Positions 60,471-64,000 of a DNA stretch of 64,000 nt are shown in pieces (within the stretch, counting starts at the first letter, position 1; each line of letters begins with the position of its first letter). Source of the stretch: Octopus sinensis (taxonomy: Eukaryota); assembly GCF_006345805.1 (NCBI RefSeq), contig NC_043002.1, forward strand, positions 76,880,001 through 76,944,000, given 5' to 3'. Below the pieces are notes generated by a model. It saw nothing but the letters and a program-made list of their open reading frames with translations, was not told where the DNA came from and ran no database searches. A program made the position numbers and the translations under genes.

Positions 60471-62654
60471 AATAAAATAATTTCCACTATTTAGTTGTAT
60501 CCTTTCACACTCTGAATTCAAATCCTGCCAAAGTTTACTTTGTCTTTCATCCTGCTGGGTTATATAAAAAGACATACCACCCAAAAGTACTGGGATTGAC
60601 ATAATCAACTACTGCCTTATCTCCTCCTCTCAAATTTGTAGACTTGTACTTATGTTAGAAATTAATATCACATTTATCAAAATATGTATCCAAAGTGGTA
60701 GTCTTGTAATAAATACAAGACCCTTCCAAACACTGACAGTAGAATGCAGAAACTTTATTGTATGTGCATACACACACACACACACATACACACACACACA
60801 TACACACACACACAACACATTAGTAATAATAAATATAAGTTAAAAGGGTACTGTTAGTAGTTTTGTTGTTGTTTTAGGCTTTGGTGTGATTTGAAACCAA
60901 GCTGGTCTGCTTTTCATTTAAAGTTGATGTTTTTGTTTAACCTAAGATCAACCCTAATTGAGCAGGTGTATATCTAAAAACATTCCATCTTAACTATCCT
61001 GGTTTTTTCTTTGTTTTTTTTCCCCCTAAACATAGTGTGTCTTGAACTTCTTCATCCAACATCCTGTTTTTTTTTGGCAATGTAAAGAGTGATTCAAAGA
61101 AGATTTTGTTGCAATTTCTAGCAAGATGAGTGACTATACAGCAGCTGTCTTGTTGATTCTTCATTTAGAGTTGACATAGCTGGTTTACTTTTAATTCACC
61201 TTGAATCAATGGCTTTCCCTTATGAAAATAGCCTTTACATAATCAAACAAATATGTTGAATCTAATAATTGGATTAATTAAGAGCTAATGTCATTAGGTT
61301 ACACTTATCTTATATTGAAGTTATAACCTCTTATCCAATCTCCAGTATTGATTTATAGCATAGGCACAAGGTTTCAAGATCTGGAGAATGGATAATGGTT
61401 GATTATGTTTACCCCAGTACTTGACTAGTATCTTATTCTATTGAATCTGAAAGGAAGAAAAGCAAAGCTGACCTCAACAGAATTTGAACTTGGACTATGA
61501 AAGACTGCTATTTTATCTTATTGATTCTTGAAGGATTAAAGGTAAAGTTGATTTTGGTGGAGTTTGAACTCAGAACATAAAAGTGCCTTAACTAAATACT
61601 AAGTTGGTAACCTTGCGATGGGCTGGTCTACAAAGGTGAGATGGTGACTCAAATGGCATTTTGCAAACTACATTTTGTATTCAGCAATCAAAAGGATGAA
61701 TAGTACAACCTCTATTGTAAATCCCCACTGGTTGGAATTGGTTGTTCGTCCATGTTGAAAGTCATCATCAATGATTCTACCAATTCCCAACTTTTAACCA
61801 AAGCATAGAAGAATTACTGCTTAAAAAACCCAGGTACATAGAACATCTTAGCTTTCAAAATGATCAACATTTATGGAGCACAGCCTAGACATTCAATATA
61901 GTATTACATTGTATCCTTAAGCAAGAGGTGTGACTTTTTGCAATAATTTATTTAGTTGAAAATAGCTGCAAAGTTAACATTAAAAATTTACATCTTAAAA
62001 TACTTTTTTCCAATAATTTTTACAAAAAAAAAAACGATTTTTGTAAAAATTATTCAACATTTTGTATGACTATGCAGAAATGCAGTCAATCATATATAAA
62101 AAAAAAAGGAAAAAGAAATATTAGAAATAAGGTATAGTCTGAAAATGCTTCCTTAAAAGGAATGGTAAATGAAACCAAGTTGATAAACAGCATTATATAG
62201 ATTTGCAATACCCAAGCAGATATGGATAGAGTGTTGCTAATTTGCCATTAACTGTGATTTGCTCTGAATAAAACAGCAGATTGACAGTGTCATTAAAGTA
62301 TGAGACACAATGTCTTTTGGAATTTGTTCTAGCTCTCTGTACTCTGAGTTCAAAACCTGCTAGGATCAACTTTGCATTTCATCATTTAGGGTTGATAACT
62401 AAAATATTGGCATAGTACTGAAATCCATTTTTCTATTTCTTTTTTCTCTCTGGAAGAAATTGGCTGGGATCAGGTTTAGACGTTGTAAACTGTGGTGATA
62501 CTTCTTTAATGCCATCAGGAGTTGAGAATTCAAGACAAGGGACTGGATGAAATACTGACCATCAGTATTCTCTGTTATCAGGCAGCAGTTATGAGCTAAT
62601 TCCTCAGTCTCTGTTTAGTCAATTGCCTTGCTAGAAATAACATCAAAATTCTCT

Positions 62655-62892
62655 TAAAAACACCATCCGACCGTGGCTGTTTGCCAGCCTCGTCTGGCAC
62701 CTGTGCCAGTGGCACGTAATAAGCGCCCACTACACTCACGGAGTGGTTGGTGTTAGGAAGGGCATCCAGCCGTAGAAACATTGCCAGATCAGACTGGGCC
62801 TAATGCAGCCTTCTGGCTTCCCAGACCCCAGTTGAACCGTCAAACCCATGCTAGCATGGAAAGCGGACGCTAAATGATGATGATGATGATGA
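62655..62892 (+). mobile_element. Family B repeat
   Basis: GGCACGTAATAAGCGCCCACTACACTCACGGAGTGGTTGG...GCGGACGCTAAA(TGA)n. Confidence 0.88.
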
Positions 62893-63404
62893 TTCCACTA
62901 TTGTATTAGAAAAAAAAAGGAGAAAAAAAGTGGTAGGGACAGTCATACCAGATACATGTTTGATCATAAGTATACTCAATCAGAGCTGACATTGAGTTAG
63001 AAAACAACTATATCAGGTAGCACAGAAAGTTAAAAAGGGCATGGATGGACAAGTGGGGTGGAAAAAAAAACAGTATAGTATCCAGGTAGTGATGGGCATA
63101 TTCTGTCTTCAGAACTGTGTTACTTCATTAATCAACTACTAATTACTCAAATGACTATGTCCTTGAAAAGGACATAGTAACAGCACCAAGGAATGGATAG
63201 GGAAGAAGATGACAGAAAACATGATATTGGGAAAGATGGGTAAATAAAGGTTTACGTCTTTCTATGTGCATCCATACATGAACACTTCTCTAAGATAAGG
63301 ATTTTAACGATGATAAACGTTAATGTTATTACTTTAAAGAAAACACTACATCAGCTTCTCAAACAGCATCTATATACAGCACTGTAATATTTCACCCCTT
63401 AAGA

Positions 63405-64000
63405 AGGTGGTGAGCTGGCAGGATTATTAGATTAGAGACATTTTGTCTGTCTTTATGATTAGAGACATTTTGTCTGTCTTTATGTTCTGAGTCTAAACTC
63501 TGACAAGGTTTCTAAGGATAGATGCTCATCCTAATGCCAACCACTATATATTGTGTACTAGGTGCATTTTACATGGTGCCAGTATGGCTACCTTTTATGT
63601 GACACCAGCATGGGTGCTTTATATGAGGTACAAGTGTGGGTGGTACCTATGTGGCACTAGTACAAATGCTTTTTACATGTACTTGGACACAACATGGCTT
63701 TCCAGAAATCTCACAACTTACCTATCATTAATAATGGCTTCTGATTTAGGCAGAAATCAATAATTTTGAGGGGAGGGGTTAAGTCAGTACCATTGCCTCT
63801 ATTACTTGACTGGTATTTTATTTTATCCATTCCTGAACATTGAAAGGCAAAGTTAACCTCAGCTAAATTATAGGAATATCAAGGATTTTTTTGACTTTGC
63901 CTTTCATCTTTTTGGGATCAATAAAACAAGTACTAATTGAACACTGGGGGTAATCAACTTACCTGCTCCCTTGAACCTTCTAGCCTTGTGCCAAAATTCG
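63405..64000. mobile_element. Cluster of SINE family D fragments (both strands) with a nested family B remnant
   Basis: D head at 63405, B remnant at 63505-63700, D(-) at 63760-63862, and D(+) 3' part at 63890-64000 ending GCCTTGTGCCAAAATTCG. Confidence 0.65.

Overview
AT-rich, repeat-saturated eukaryotic non-coding DNA, most likely from an octopus. That assignment is an inference from the recognisable tRNA-derived SINE families and their (GAT)n and (TAAAAGAG)n tails, and no database search was run. I found no supportable host protein-coding exon. The supplied ORFs are microsatellite read-through, antisense SINE frames or decayed transposon proteins. The window holds at least four SINE-like families and DNA transposons of several groups: Tc1/mariner (DD34D, DD34E, DD37D, DD41D), hAT, pogo-like and TTAA-flanked MITEs. 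It also holds decayed LINE ends (RTE, CR1/L2-like, I/Jockey-like, HERO, R4/Dong). The most interesting signal is a set of minimal type-I hammerhead-ribozyme (HHR) motifs in Penelope-like remnants. One has an intact core (46755-46789) and two sit as mirror-image pairs in palindromes (about 14.2-14.5 kb and 40.6-40.9 kb). One pair is a direct repeat exactly 302 nt apart (53663-54063), which is the layout of a non-LTR retrozyme/circRNA unit. Other notable items are a shared LINE/SINE 3' tail, several long fold-backs, and a local templated insertion. Boundaries were read by eye and are approximate unless a TSD or TIR is quoted.
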